Origin: Thermoanaerobaculia bacterium
Lineage (GTDB): Bacteria > Acidobacteriota > Thermoanaerobaculia > UBA5066
Length of the DNA stretch: 64,000 nt
Direction of reading: 5' to 3'
Assembly (NCBI GenBank): GCA_038245905.1
Contig: JBBRRY010000013.1
Location: forward strand, 1-64,000
Positions within the stretch are counted from its first letter, which is position 1. Each line of letters begins with the position of its first letter. The notes under the pieces were generated by a model. That model did no database searches and had not been told where the DNA came from. It was given only the letters and a program-made list of their open reading frames with translations. Below, in pieces: positions 9,355 to 19,674 of the stretch. The translations under genes and the position numbers were made by a program.

Positions 9355-10196
9355 GCGCGTGCCGCGCTGCTGGTGGGGAGAGTCATGGGCTCGGACAGGA
9401 TACCGAGTCGCGAAAGTGGCCAATCGTAGACGACGGGGTCTTCGGGATTCAGAAGGCGCAGCCAGCCTGTCGCCTCTCGCGACGCGGCGAGGTCCGCGGT
9501 CCTGCGGCGCGTGAGACCGATCCGGCGCGAGATGCGGTGCACGTGGACGTCCATCGGCAGGAGGAGGCGCGCGGGCGTGAAGCGCCCTCCCGTCCAGAGG
9601 CCGAGGTCGAAACCCTCCGTCCGGATCATCCAGCGGAGGAACAGGTGCGAGCGCTTGCACGCGGAGCCGGAGGAGGGGGAGGGGAGAAGAAAACGCACGC
9701 CGCGAGAGATTGGCTTCGGAGAGGAGGAGAAATTCAAGAGATTTCTTTGAAAGGAAGAAAGGGCGGCGACGTAGTCCTCGCCGCCGGCGCATTCTTCGTC
9801 GCCCGCCGCGAACAGGGCGCCCAGAGACCCGTGCGTCTCCCGAGCTCTCTTCACCATTCTAAGAAAATCTTCGACGTCCGACCCTGTCACCCACCGATGC
9901 ACGAAACGCTTCAGCGCCGGGATGTGTCTCTCGTCCCACCCTTCGAGGAATTCCGATGGCCTCGGTCCCAGCACCGCGAGAACGCGCGAGACCGAGGTCT
10001 GGATCGACGCGACGCGGCCGAACGCGAGGGAGGCCGAGAGAAACGCGACGACCTCGCGATCCGCCGAATCGGGGAACTGGTGGGCAAAGACGAGCGGGTC
10101 CGAATCGAGGCGGCGGGAGCGCCACTCGCTCCTGAGAGCCTCGAGGCGCTCGCCGAGGAGGGTGAGGTCCCGGGGGCCGCCCGTGCGCCGTCTCAT
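9351..10196 (-). CDS. TIGR02757/DUF2400 family protein
   Basis: DREVVAFLSASLAFGRV, SACKRSHLFLRWMIR, DLGLW, PMDVHVHRI, PEDPVVYDW. Confidence 0.88.
   Translation of the reverse strand: MRRRTGGPRDLTLLGERLEALRSEWRSRRLDSDPLVFAHQFPDSADREVVAFLSASLAFGRVASIQTSVSRVLAVLGPRPSEFLEGWDERHIPALKRFVHRWVTGSDVEDFLRMVKRARETHGSLGALFAAGDEECAGGEDYVAALSSFQRNLLNFSSSPKPISRGVRFLLPSPSSGSACKRSHLFLRWMIRTEGFDLGLWTGGRFTPARLLLPMDVHVHRISRRIGLTRRRTADLAASREATGWLRLLNPEDPVVYDWPLSRLGILSEPMTLPTSSAARA
9736..9872. repeat. Convergent pair of dispersed AT-rich motif copies inside a CDS
   Basis: AAGAGATTTCTTTGAAAGGAAGAAAGGG (+) and GAAGATTTTCTTAGAATGGTGAAGAGAG (-). Confidence 0.62.
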
Positions 10197-10202
10197 GGGC
10201 CT

Positions 10203-10212
10203 ACGCTAGCAT
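10203..10212. promoter_or_regulatory. Putative bidirectional -10 element serving two leaderless divergent genes
   Basis: ACGCTAGCAT gives TAGCAT forward (7 nt before hflX GTG 10220) and TAGCGT reverse (6 nt before ATG 10196). No SD on either side. Confidence 0.55.
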
Positions 10213-10219
10213 CCCCCGA

Positions 10220-11374
10220 GTGAGCCCGCGACGCCCCGGCAAGGAGGCTCCTCCTCCGCCCGAAAAAAAACCCGACTCGAGCCGGACGATTCTCGTCGGC
10301 GTCTACGGGCGCGAGATCCCGAAGGAAATGGCCGAGGACCAGCTCGACGAGCTGGAGCGCCTCGTCGAGACGGCGGGCGGCCGGGTCGTCGCGCGCGCGC
10401 TCCAGGAGCGCCGCGGGCCCGACCCCGCCACGTACGTCGGCTCGGGCAAGGTCGAGGAGATCGCCGAGGCGGCGCGCGCCCAGAACGTCGGCTGGACGGT
10501 CTTCGACGACGAGCTCACGCCCACGCAGGCGCGGAATCTCGACGAGAAGCTGCCGACGCAGGTGCTCGACCGCGCGGGCGTCATCCTGCGCATCTTCGCG
10601 GCCCGCGCGCGCTCCCGGGAAGCCATGACGCAGGTCGAGCTCGCGCGGCTCCAGTACGAGCTTCCGCGCCTCGCGGGGCCGGCTCATGGCCTCGCCCAGC
10701 AGCGGGGCGGCGGCGCGTTCCGGGGCGGCGCGGGTGAGCGCAAGATCGAGCTGGACCGCCGCCGCGTGCGCACGCGGATCGCGCGGCTCAAGGAAGACCT
10801 CAAGGCGATCGAGACGCAGCGCGACGTGAGGCGGAAGGGGCTCAAGCGCGTCGCGACAGTCTCGCTCGTCGGCTATACGAACGCGGGAAAGACGACTCTT
10901 TTCAATCGCCTCACGGCGTCGAAAGAGTTCGCCGAAGACCGCCTCTTCGCCACGCTCGACCCGAGGCACGCGCGGCTCCACGGCGTCGGCGGGCGCGCGA
11001 TCGTGCTCGCCGACACGGTCGGCTTCCTCCGCAAGCTCCCGCACACGCTCGTGGCGTCGTTCAAGTCCACTCTCGCCGAGGTCAAGGACGCGGACCTTCT
11101 CGTCCACGTCGTGGACGCGTCTTCCCTGCAGGCGTCCGAACAGCGGGCTGTTGCCGAGGAAGTGATCGCGGGCTTCGGAGTGGAGAAGAGACGCATCCTC
11201 CTCGCATACAACAAGACGGACCGCCCGCATGCGGGCGCGCTCGACGCTGACGCCATCCGGATCTCCGCCGCCACAGGAGAGGGCCTCCCGGAGCTCAAGG
11301 AGGCGATCGTCGCGCGGCTGACGGCTCTCGGCTCCAGGATGCCGTTCTACGGATCCGGGAATGACGCCGGCTGA
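10220..11374 (+). CDS. hflX: GTPase HflX
   Basis: LTPTQARNL, QVELARLQYELPRL, VGYTNAGKTTLFNRLT, LFATLDP, DTVGF, NKTD. Confidence 0.96.
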   Translation: MSPRRPGKEAPPPPEKKPDSSRTILVGVYGREIPKEMAEDQLDELERLVETAGGRVVARALQERRGPDPATYVGSGKVEEIAEAARAQNVGWTVFDDELTPTQARNLDEKLPTQVLDRAGVILRIFAARARSREAMTQVELARLQYELPRLAGPAHGLAQQRGGGAFRGGAGERKIELDRRRVRTRIARLKEDLKAIETQRDVRRKGLKRVATVSLVGYTNAGKTTLFNRLTASKEFAEDRLFATLDPRHARLHGVGGRAIVLADTVGFLRKLPHTLVASFKSTLAEVKDADLLVHVVDASSLQASEQRAVAEEVIAGFGVEKRRILLAYNKTDRPHAGALDADAIRISAATGEGLPELKEAIVARLTALGSRMPFYGSGNDAG

Positions 11375-13283
11375 GGGCTCGAGTCTCCTCAGCCCGCGCG
11401 CGGAGCGGTTGGCCGCGGCGGGCTTTCTCGTTCTCGCGGCGCTTCTCGCCGTGACGGCCCTCCTCACGGACAGCGCGACGATCGACGAGGTCATACATCT
11501 GCCGGCCGGTATCGTCCACATGAAGACGGGAGACATGCGCCTCGCGCCAGACCATCCTCCCCTCGGCAGACTGTGGGCGGCGCTTCCTTCAGCGTTCCTT
11601 CCCGTCGTGCTGCCGGACACGGACCGTGAGGCCTTCCGGGCAGGCGAGTTCGTCGCGGTGGGCCGCGAAGTTCTCGAGGGGAATCCCCGCCTTCCGCTGC
11701 TCACGCTCGGGCGTCTCATGGTCGTCGCGCTTCTTCTCGTGCTTCTCGTTCTCGTGCGCGCCGCCGCGCGCGGTCTTTTCGGCCCGGACGCGGGGCTCCT
11801 CGCGCTCGCGGTGGCCTCCCTGTCGCCGTCGCTGCTCGCGCACGGACATCTCGTGACGACGGACCTGCCGGCGGCCCTTCTTTTTCTCGCGGTGCTCCTG
11901 GCGTTCGCTCGCCTCGGCGAGCGTCTTTCTGCGGGCCGACTCGCCGTGGCGGCCCTGCTCCTCTCTGCGCTCGTCCTCACGAAATATTCGTGGCCCATCG
12001 TCCTCCCGGCTCTTCTCGCGATGGGTGTGCTCGCCGCCGTCTCGCGCGGTGTGCGCGTCGTCTCGCTCGCCGGGGTCGCACTCGTTTGTGGACTTGTCGT
12101 CTGGGGAGCCGTCTGGGCGTGCTACGACTTCAGGTTCTCGCCCTTCCGCGGTCCGCGCGCCGTCGAGGCACGCATGCACGCCCCCATTCAGAGGGGGCTC
12201 CCCGCGGTGACGAGCCAAGCGGAGGCATGGGCGACGGTCCTCAGGGATTCCTGGGGCAAGCCCTACACGGGGCCCACTGCGGGTTTCGTGCGGTGGGCCA
12301 GGCAGCATCGGGTGCTGCCGGAGGCCTGGATTTACGGCGTCATGCTTCTCAAGAGGTCGTCATACCCTCGCACGGCCTTCTTTCACGGTGAGATCGGGTT
12401 CGGATGGGCGGCGTATTTCCCGGTCGCGTTTCTCGTCAAGTCTCCGCTTCCCGAGCTCCTCCTCGGCGCGCTCGGGCTCGCGGCGATCGTGGCGCGGCGA
12501 GCCCTGCCGCGCGACCCTCTTCTCGCGTCAGGTCTCCTTGTCTTCGCCCTGTCGTACGGCGTCTTCGCGGTTCTTCAGGCGTTGAACATCGGCGAGCGCC
12601 ACCTCTTGCCGCTTCACCCGATTCTCGCCGTGGCAGCGGGGGCGGGCGCGGCGTGGGCCCGGGTCCGGTGGGGGAAGGCGCTCCTCCTCGCCCTCGTCCT
12701 CTGGCTGGGCGTGGAAGTAGCTCTCGTCCATCCGAACGAGCTCGGCTACTTCAACGAGACGGTGGGTGGCTGGAGGAACGGCTCCCGGTGGCTCGCGGAC
12801 AGCAACGTCGACTGGGGTCAGGACCTCGCGCGCCTTGCCCGCTGGACGAAGAAGAATGGTAATCCGGAGGTCAAGCTCGCTTACTTCGGCGCCGCGGACC
12901 CGCGGGGACTCGTCCCCAACGCCACGAACCTCACGAGCTCGTATCCGTTCGGCGAGCCCGCGCTCCTGACTCCCGGCGTCTACGTCGTGAGCGTGAACCA
13001 GCTCATCGGGCTCTTCATTCCGATCGCGCGCGACGACTTCTGGGAGAAGCCCGCGACCGGGGACTGGTACAAGAGCCGCTGGGAGATGGCGCGCCGGTCC
13101 GGCTTCGCGCGCCCGCCGGGACTCGTCGGCCGGGAGGCGGGGGCGTGGGATGCGTTCGAGGCGGCCGAGAGGGGCCGCCTCTTCCGCGCCCTTCGGGGGC
13201 GCGCGCCGGATGACTTCATCGGGACGTCGCTGCGCGTCTACCGCCTTTCGCAGGCCGACCTCGACGCGATCCTGCCGCCATGA
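11361..13283 (+). CDS. GT-C fold glycosyltransferase (family 39/PMT-like)
   Basis: DSATIDEVIH, DHPPLGR, many TMs, LNIGERHLLP, YFNE..GG, LADSNVDWGQDL. Confidence 0.85.
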   Translation: MTPAEGSSLLSPRAERLAAAGFLVLAALLAVTALLTDSATIDEVIHLPAGIVHMKTGDMRLAPDHPPLGRLWAALPSAFLPVVLPDTDREAFRAGEFVAVGREVLEGNPRLPLLTLGRLMVVALLLVLLVLVRAAARGLFGPDAGLLALAVASLSPSLLAHGHLVTTDLPAALLFLAVLLAFARLGERLSAGRLAVAALLLSALVLTKYSWPIVLPALLAMGVLAAVSRGVRVVSLAGVALVCGLVVWGAVWACYDFRFSPFRGPRAVEARMHAPIQRGLPAVTSQAEAWATVLRDSWGKPYTGPTAGFVRWARQHRVLPEAWIYGVMLLKRSSYPRTAFFHGEIGFGWAAYFPVAFLVKSPLPELLLGALGLAAIVARRALPRDPLLASGLLVFALSYGVFAVLQALNIGERHLLPLHPILAVAAGAGAAWARVRWGKALLLALVLWLGVEVALVHPNELGYFNETVGGWRNGSRWLADSNVDWGQDLARLARWTKKNGNPEVKLAYFGAADPRGLVPNATNLTSSYPFGEPALLTPGVYVVSVNQLIGLFIPIARDDFWEKPATGDWYKSRWEMARRSGFARPPGLVGREAGAWDAFEAAERGRLFRALRGRAPDDFIGTSLRVYRLSQADLDAILPP

Positions 13284-13321
13284 CTTCGTAATACGATCCG
13301 TGGAGTCTTGGAGGAAATGCC

Positions 13322-14470
13322 ATGAGCGCACCCACCGATTACCGCCAGCGCGGCCAGGCCGTCTGGCTGGACAGCATTTCCTCGAAGATGATCCACTCAG
13401 GACGGCTGTCGTCGTGGATCGAAGCCGGCTCGATCTACGGCGTGACGTCGAATCCGACGATCTTTGGGCAGGCCATCGTGAAGAACGAGGGCGACTACAA
13501 CGCCGGCATCGAGCGTCTGGCGCGGGACGGGAAGGATGCCTTCACGATCTACGACGCGCTCACGCGCAAGGACATCGGAGAGGGCGCGGACGCGTTCCGG
13601 GCGCTGCACGAGAAGAACCCCGTCGACGGATGGATCTCTCTCGAGGTCCTGCCCTCGCTCGCGGGCGACACGGAGAAGACCGTGGCCGAAGCGAAGAGGC
13701 TCGCGGGTGCTCTCGCCCGCCCGAACGTATTCATCAAGGTGCCCGCGACGCCCGCGTGCATCCCTGCGATCCGCCGCCTCATCGGCGAGGGGATCTCGAT
13801 CAACGTGACGCTCATGTTCAACCGCAAACACTACCGGGACGTCGCGAGTGCTTACGTCGACGGCCTTTCGGACTTCGCGGCGAAGGGGGGAGACCTCTCG
13901 CGCGTCCATTCGGTCGCGTCGTTCTTCGTCTCCCGGGTCGACACGCTCATCGACAAGCGTCTCGATGAGAAGGCCGCGAAGGCCTCCGGCCCGGAAAAGG
14001 CCCGCCTCGAGAGCCTGCGCGGAAAGGCGGGCCTCGCGAGCTCCAGGGTCGTCTACGAGGACTTTCGCGCCAGCTTTGCCGCCGAGCGCTTTCTCGCGCT
14101 GCGGGGGAGGGGTGGGCGGGTCCAGCGCCCCCTCTGGGCGTCCACCGGCACGAAGAACCCGGCTTACTCCGACCTTCTGTACGTCGAGAACCTCGTCGGG
14201 CCCGACACCGTGAACACGATGCCTGAAAAGACTCTCGAAGCGCTTCTCGATCACGGGAGGACGCCGGGCGACACCGTGACGGAGGGCGTGCCCGCCGCTC
14301 GTCAGACGCTCGACGACCTCCGCGCCGTCGGGATCGACGTCGAGGCGGTTGGAGAAGAGCTCCAGAAAGACGGCGTCGTCCTATTCGAGAAGTCCTATGT
14401 CGAGCTTCTCCAGGCGATCGAGACGCGCCGCGCCGAGGCTTTGAAAAGGTCTCAGGGGGTGATGGAGTGA
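13322..14470 (+). CDS. tal: Transaldolase (long, actinobacterial-type)
   Basis: VWLDSI, GVTSNPTIF, NVFIKVPAT, INVTLMF, SVASFFVSRVDT, QRPLWASTGTKNP, TVNTMP. Confidence 0.96.
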   Translation: MSAPTDYRQRGQAVWLDSISSKMIHSGRLSSWIEAGSIYGVTSNPTIFGQAIVKNEGDYNAGIERLARDGKDAFTIYDALTRKDIGEGADAFRALHEKNPVDGWISLEVLPSLAGDTEKTVAEAKRLAGALARPNVFIKVPATPACIPAIRRLIGEGISINVTLMFNRKHYRDVASAYVDGLSDFAAKGGDLSRVHSVASFFVSRVDTLIDKRLDEKAAKASGPEKARLESLRGKAGLASSRVVYEDFRASFAAERFLALRGRGGRVQRPLWASTGTKNPAYSDLLYVENLVGPDTVNTMPEKTLEALLDHGRTPGDTVTEGVPAARQTLDDLRAVGIDVEAVGEELQKDGVVLFEKSYVELLQAIETRRAEALKRSQGVME

Positions 14471-16419
14471 TCCTCGGGAACTTCGAGGCCCCGGAACTCA
14501 CCGATGCGGAAGTCGCGAGGCTCGCCGCGCTCGGCGTCCGGGCGCGTGCCGACATCCTGAAGATGACGACGCTCGCCGCTTCGGGCCACCCCGGCGGATC
14601 GATGTCGTCGATCGACTTCGAGCTCGTCCTCTGGGGCTTCGCGAACTGTGATCCGAAGAATCCCTTCGCGGAAGAGCGCGACCGCGTCGTCATCAGCCAT
14701 GGACACACGTCGCCGGCCGCGTATGCGGCGCTCGCGCACCTCGGGTGGTTCGACCCGTCGCTTCCGCTCCTCGGGTTCCGCCGCGGCGGCTCGCCGTTCG
14801 AGGGGCACGTGGAGAGGGACGTGCCCGGGATCGACTGGGGCACGGGCAACCTCGGGCAGGGCCTCTCGGCGGCCGTCGGCTTCGCGCTTGCGGCGCGGAT
14901 CAAGGGGAACGGCGCGAAGGTGTTCTGCGCGATGGGGGACGGCGAGCAGCAGAAGGGCCAGCTCTCGGAGGCGCGGCGCTACGCGGTGAAGTTCTCTCTC
15001 ACGAATCTCGTCGCCCTTCTCGACTGGAACCGCGTCCAGCTCTCGGGGACGAACGACGAGATCCTCAAGCAGGACATCGTGGCGGACTGGAAGGCCGACG
15101 GCTGGGCGGTGATTGAGGTCGACGGCCACGACGTCCGCGCCGTGTACCGAGCGGTGCGCGCGGCGCTTCGCGCGGCGGTCCCGACGCTCGTGGCTTGCCA
15201 TACGGTCATGTCCAAGGGCGTCCCCTTCATGGAGAAGGACGGCTACAAGTGGCACGGAGCCGCTCTCTCTCCCGACAAGTGCAAAGAAGCGCTCGCGATC
15301 CTCGGTGCCGAGGACGACCTCGACCACTGGACGCTCGAGCGGAAGAAGTCCGCACCCGACTGGCACGCGGCGCTTCCGCGGCGCCCCGTAGAGACCGTCG
15401 TCCTCCCGTCCCAGGGGGCACCGCGAACGTACACGACCGAGAAGACGTCCGACAACCGCGGAGCGTTCGGGGCCGCGCTCGAGGATCTTGGCGCGATTTC
15501 GGGAGGAGTCCCGATGGCGGTCCTCGACTGCGATCTCCTGAAGTCCACGAAGACCGATCTCTTTGCCGCGAAGTTCCCGAAGAGTTTTTTCCAGGGCGGC
15601 ATCGCCGAGCACCACACCGCGGTCCTCGCGGGCGCGCTGTCGGTGGCGGGGATCGCGGCCTGGTGGGGCGAGTTCGGAATGTTCGGCGTGGCCGAGGCCT
15701 ACAATCAGCAGCGTCTCAACGACATCAACGCGTCGAACGTCAAGCTCGCGGTGACGCACTCGGGCATCGACGTCGGCGAGGACGGCAAGACGCACCACTC
15801 GATCGACTATTTCGCTCTCCTCAACTCGACGTTCGGGTGGAAGGTGTTCACCCCGGGCGATCCGAACCAGACGGATCGCATCACACGCTGGATGGCGACC
15901 CACCGCGGCAACCACGCGCTCGTCATGGGGCGCTCGAAATTTCCGGTCGCCCTGAAGGAGGACGGCGCGCCCTTCTTCGCGGGCGACTACGCGTTCGACC
16001 CCGCGAAGGCCGACCACCTGCGCGACGGGTCGGGCGTGTCGCTCGTTTGCGCGGGAAACATGCTGCCCTACGCCATGGACGCGTGGAACGCGCTCGCGAA
16101 GGAAGGGACCCGCGTGGATCTCGTCTCCGTCGCGGCGTGGAGCGACCTTTCAGACGCGGACCTCGAGCACATCGCGCGGCACGGCCGCGTCGTCACGGTC
16201 GAGGACCACAACCCGAAGACCGGCCTCGGAACCTGGATCCAGGCGCGGCTCAACGACCTCGGGTTCGCGGCGCGCGTCCGGAAGATGGGCGTCACCTTCT
16301 ACTCGTCCTCGGGTCCCGCGAAGGAGCTGTACGCGCTGATGGGACTCGACGGGCCCGCGATCGCAGCCGTGGTCCGGCGCGTCCTGTCGTCGAAGAGCGG
16401 GATGGAAAGGTCCGCATGA
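14467..16419 (+). CDS. tkt: Transketolase
   Basis: SGHPGGSMS, RDRVVISHGH, TGNLGQGLS, TPP-binding GDGE...N, GIAEH, THSGIDVGEDGKTH. Confidence 0.94.
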   Translation: MILGNFEAPELTDAEVARLAALGVRARADILKMTTLAASGHPGGSMSSIDFELVLWGFANCDPKNPFAEERDRVVISHGHTSPAAYAALAHLGWFDPSLPLLGFRRGGSPFEGHVERDVPGIDWGTGNLGQGLSAAVGFALAARIKGNGAKVFCAMGDGEQQKGQLSEARRYAVKFSLTNLVALLDWNRVQLSGTNDEILKQDIVADWKADGWAVIEVDGHDVRAVYRAVRAALRAAVPTLVACHTVMSKGVPFMEKDGYKWHGAALSPDKCKEALAILGAEDDLDHWTLERKKSAPDWHAALPRRPVETVVLPSQGAPRTYTTEKTSDNRGAFGAALEDLGAISGGVPMAVLDCDLLKSTKTDLFAAKFPKSFFQGGIAEHHTAVLAGALSVAGIAAWWGEFGMFGVAEAYNQQRLNDINASNVKLAVTHSGIDVGEDGKTHHSIDYFALLNSTFGWKVFTPGDPNQTDRITRWMATHRGNHALVMGRSKFPVALKEDGAPFFAGDYAFDPAKADHLRDGSGVSLVCAGNMLPYAMDAWNALAKEGTRVDLVSVAAWSDLSDADLEHIARHGRVVTVEDHNPKTGLGTWIQARLNDLGFAARVRKMGVTFYSSSGPAKELYALMGLDGPAIAAVVRRVLSSKSGMERSA

Positions 16420-17921
16420 GCAGCGCAATCTCGACCGACCCCGCGACGATCGTCATCTTCGGAGGCTCGGGCGACCTCAGCAAGAGGAAGCTCGTCCCCG
16501 CGCTCTTCGAGCTCCACTCGGAGAAGCAGCTTCCGCCGGCGACGGCGATCGTGGGCTACGCGAGGACAGGCGAATCGGACGAGTCGTACCGCGCCGAGAT
16601 GAAGGCCGCGGTCACCGAGTTCGCCCGCAAGAAACCCGTCGACGAGGCGGACTGGAATGCGTTCGCGTCCCGCCTCTATTTCTTCAGGGGCGACTTGAAG
16701 ATCCCGAAGAATTACTTGGACCTCAAGATCCGGCTCGAGACGATCGAGAAGGAGCGCGGCCTTCCCGGCAATCGCATTTTCTATCTCGCGATCCCGCCGT
16801 CGGTGATCGGCGACGTCGTGAACAATCTCGGCCAGGCGGGGTTCGTGTACCGGGTGGACGGCGGCCCGTGGTCGCGGGTCATCGTGGAGAAGCCGTTCGG
16901 GCGCGACCTCGAGACCGCGCGCGCCCTGAACGAGGAGCTGGCTCAGGTCTTCCGCGAACGGCAGATCTTCCGTATCGACCACTACCTCGGCAAGGAGACG
17001 ACGCAGAACATCCTCGTCCTGAGGCTCGGGAACGGCATCTTCGAGCCGCTCTGGAACCGCCGCTACGTCGACCACGTCCAGATCACGGTTGCCGAATCGA
17101 TCGGCGTCGAGAACCGTGGGAAGTTTTACGAAGAAGCGGGCGTTCTCCGCGACATCATCCAGAATCACGTGCTGCAGCTCCTCTGTCTCGTCGCGATGGA
17201 GCCGCCGGTGGCCTTCGATCCGAATGCCGTGCGCGATGAAAAAGTGAAAGTGCTCCGTTCGATCCAGCCGCAGTCCGCCGAGGAGATCCTGCACGACAGC
17301 GTGCGCGGACAGTACGGTCCGGGTGCCGTGGACGGTCAGACCGTCGTCGGCTACCGGCAGGAGAAGGACGTAAACCCGATGTCGCTCCGCGAGACGTACG
17401 CGGCCTGGAAGGTGCAGATCGAGAACTGGCGCTGGGCGGGCGTGCCGTTCTACCTCCGTGCGGGCAAGCGGCTGCAGAAACGCGTCACGGAGATCGCGAT
17501 CCAGTTCAAGACGCCGCCCATCGCGCTCTTCCGCAGAGTCGGCGTCCTCCGGCAGGAACCGAACGTCCTCGTCCTCAGAATCCAGCCCGACGAAGGCGTC
17601 GCGCTGAAGTTCGGCGCGAAGGCGCCCGGGCCGGTCACGAAGGTCGACCCCGTGACGATGGACTTCCGTTACAGCGAGTTCTTCGGCGCGTCGCAACCGG
17701 AGGCATACGAGAGGCTCCTCATGGACGCCATTCACGGGGATTCCACTCTCTTCGCGAGGCGGGACGAGGTCGAGGCGGCTTGGGAGCACGTGACGCCCCT
17801 CCTCGACGTCTGGCGCGACAATCCGCCCCTCGATCACCCGAACTACGAAGCGGGCACCTGGGGGCCGGACGCGTCCGTCGCGCTCCTCGCGAGGGATGGG
17901 AGGCGCTGGCGCAGGCCGTGA
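16416..17921 (+). CDS. zwf: Glucose-6-phosphate 1-dehydrogenase
   Basis: ATG 16416 overlaps the tkt stop. IFGGSGDLSKRKL, EKPFG, RIDHYLGKE, RWAGVPFYLRAGKR. Confidence 0.97.
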   Translation: MSSAISTDPATIVIFGGSGDLSKRKLVPALFELHSEKQLPPATAIVGYARTGESDESYRAEMKAAVTEFARKKPVDEADWNAFASRLYFFRGDLKIPKNYLDLKIRLETIEKERGLPGNRIFYLAIPPSVIGDVVNNLGQAGFVYRVDGGPWSRVIVEKPFGRDLETARALNEELAQVFRERQIFRIDHYLGKETTQNILVLRLGNGIFEPLWNRRYVDHVQITVAESIGVENRGKFYEEAGVLRDIIQNHVLQLLCLVAMEPPVAFDPNAVRDEKVKVLRSIQPQSAEEILHDSVRGQYGPGAVDGQTVVGYRQEKDVNPMSLRETYAAWKVQIENWRWAGVPFYLRAGKRLQKRVTEIAIQFKTPPIALFRRVGVLRQEPNVLVLRIQPDEGVALKFGAKAPGPVTKVDPVTMDFRYSEFFGASQPEAYERLLMDAIHGDSTLFARRDEVEAAWEHVTPLLDVWRDNPPLDHPNYEAGTWGPDASVALLARDGRRWRRP

Positions 17922-18688
17922 GGGAGGTTCTCGCCTTTGCCACAGCCGACGACGTCGCGGACGCCGCGGCCTTCCTCTTCGTGAATCTCGCGGCGCAGGC
18001 GGTCCGAGACCGCGGAGCGTTCTACGTGGCCCTGGCGGGCGGCACGACGCCTCTCTCCTGCTACCGGCTTCTCTCCGCGCCGCTGATTTCCTCGCGGGTC
18101 GATTGGGAGAAGACGCAGGTTTTCTTCGGAGACGAAAGGTGCGTGCCGGAGGGTCACCCGGACCGGAATGACGACGCCGCTGCGGTCGCGCTCCTGAACC
18201 ACGTTTCCATTCCGGGAAAGAACATCCACCGCGTCCCCGCGACGGAACGGGACGGCGCCGAGCGTTACGAATCCGAAATCCGGGGTGCGTTTTCGATTTT
18301 CTCTCCCTCTTCCGACAAGGGAGTCCCCCGCTTCGATCTCGTGTTCCTCGGCATGGGAGCGGACGGCCACACGGCCTCGCTGTTTCCGGGGCGGGCGTCT
18401 CTCGATGAGACTCAGCGGCTCGTCCTGCGTGTCGACGACGCTCCGAAGCCTCCGCCCTGCCGCGTGACGTTCACGCTGCCGATCGTGAACGCAGCACGGC
18501 ACGTGGCTCTTCTCGTCACGGGGAAGGAGAAGGCGGCGGCGCTGTCCCGGGTCCTTCTCGAGGACGCGGCGCTGCCCGCGGCGCGCGTGCGTCCCCCCTC
18601 GGGGATGCTGACGATTCTCGCGGACGCCGCGGCGGCTTCGGTTTCGCGCAAGCCGCCGGCGCCGCCGACGGCCGGGAGCCCCCGTTGA
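17918..18688 (+). CDS. pgl: 6-phosphogluconolactonase
   Basis: ALAGGTTP, FFGDERCVP, FDLVFLGMGADGHTASLFP, RVTFTLP. Confidence 0.95.
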   Translation: MREVLAFATADDVADAAAFLFVNLAAQAVRDRGAFYVALAGGTTPLSCYRLLSAPLISSRVDWEKTQVFFGDERCVPEGHPDRNDDAAAVALLNHVSIPGKNIHRVPATERDGAERYESEIRGAFSIFSPSSDKGVPRFDLVFLGMGADGHTASLFPGRASLDETQRLVLRVDDAPKPPPCRVTFTLPIVNAARHVALLVTGKEKAAALSRVLLEDAALPAARVRPPSGMLTILADAAAASVSRKPPAPPTAGSPR

Positions 18689-19662
18689 TTCTCGCGGGCG
18701 ACATCGGCGGCACCAACGTCCGCCTCGCCCTCTTCGAGATCGAGGGCGGCAGGCTCGTGGCAAAGGACGAAAGGACGTTCCGGAGCCGCGATTTCTCCGG
18801 GCTCGAGCAGCCCGTGGAGGAATTCCTGGCCGGGCGCGCGGTGTCCGCGGCGGGCTTCGGCGTCGCCGGCCCCGTGCGCAACGGGCGCTCCGAGGCCACC
18901 AATCTTTCCTGGGTCGTCGACGCCGCCGCCCTTGCGCGGCGGCTGTCGCTTCCGCGCGTGGCTCTCGTGAACGACCTCTTCGCAAACGCGGCCGGCCTCG
19001 GCGAGCTCTCACCCTCCGACTTCGCCGTCGTGAACGCGGGGACGGAGAATTCCGACGGGAACGCCGCCCTCATCTCCGCAGGAACGGGCCTTGGCGAGGC
19101 GTACCTCGTGCGTTTGAACGGCCGCTTCTGGCCGCAGGCTTCCGAGGGCGGACACGCGTCGTTCGCGCCGCGGAACGCGGTCGAGATCGACCTCCTCCGC
19201 CACCTCGAGACAAAGTGGGGCCACGTTTCCTTCGAGCGAATCCTCTCGGGCCCCGGCCTCGCGGCGCTCTACGCCTTCGAGAGGGCCCGCTCGGGCGAGA
19301 GCGAGCCCGGCTGGCTCGCCGAGGAAATTGCCCGGGCGGGCGATCCCGCGCCCGCCGTGACCGCGGCGGGACTCTCCGGGAGGGACGCCGTGGCCGAGCG
19401 GACCGTCGAGCGCTTCGTTTCGATCTACGGCGGCGAGGCGGGGAATCTCGCGCTCAAGGTACTCGCGACCGGCGGCCTTTTCGTCGGCGGCGGGATCGCG
19501 CCGAAGATACTGCCGCGGATGCTGGACGGGACGTTTTTCGGAGGCTTCTGCGACAAGGGGCGGCTCGCGCCGCTCCTCGCGAAAATTCCGGTTCGCGTCG
19601 TGACGAACGACCGCTGCGCGCTTCTGGGCGCGGCGCGCTCGGGAGCGGAGGCGGCTTCATGA
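18685..19662 (+). CDS. glk: Glucokinase
   Basis: LAGDIGGTNVRLA, LVNDL, AGTGLGEA, SEGGH, ERILSGPGL, GGLFVGGGIAPKI. Confidence 0.95.
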   Translation: MILAGDIGGTNVRLALFEIEGGRLVAKDERTFRSRDFSGLEQPVEEFLAGRAVSAAGFGVAGPVRNGRSEATNLSWVVDAAALARRLSLPRVALVNDLFANAAGLGELSPSDFAVVNAGTENSDGNAALISAGTGLGEAYLVRLNGRFWPQASEGGHASFAPRNAVEIDLLRHLETKWGHVSFERILSGPGLAALYAFERARSGESEPGWLAEEIARAGDPAPAVTAAGLSGRDAVAERTVERFVSIYGGEAGNLALKVLATGGLFVGGGIAPKILPRMLDGTFFGGFCDKGRLAPLLAKIPVRVVTNDRCALLGAARSGAEAAS

Positions 19663-19674
19663 TGGGGACGAGCG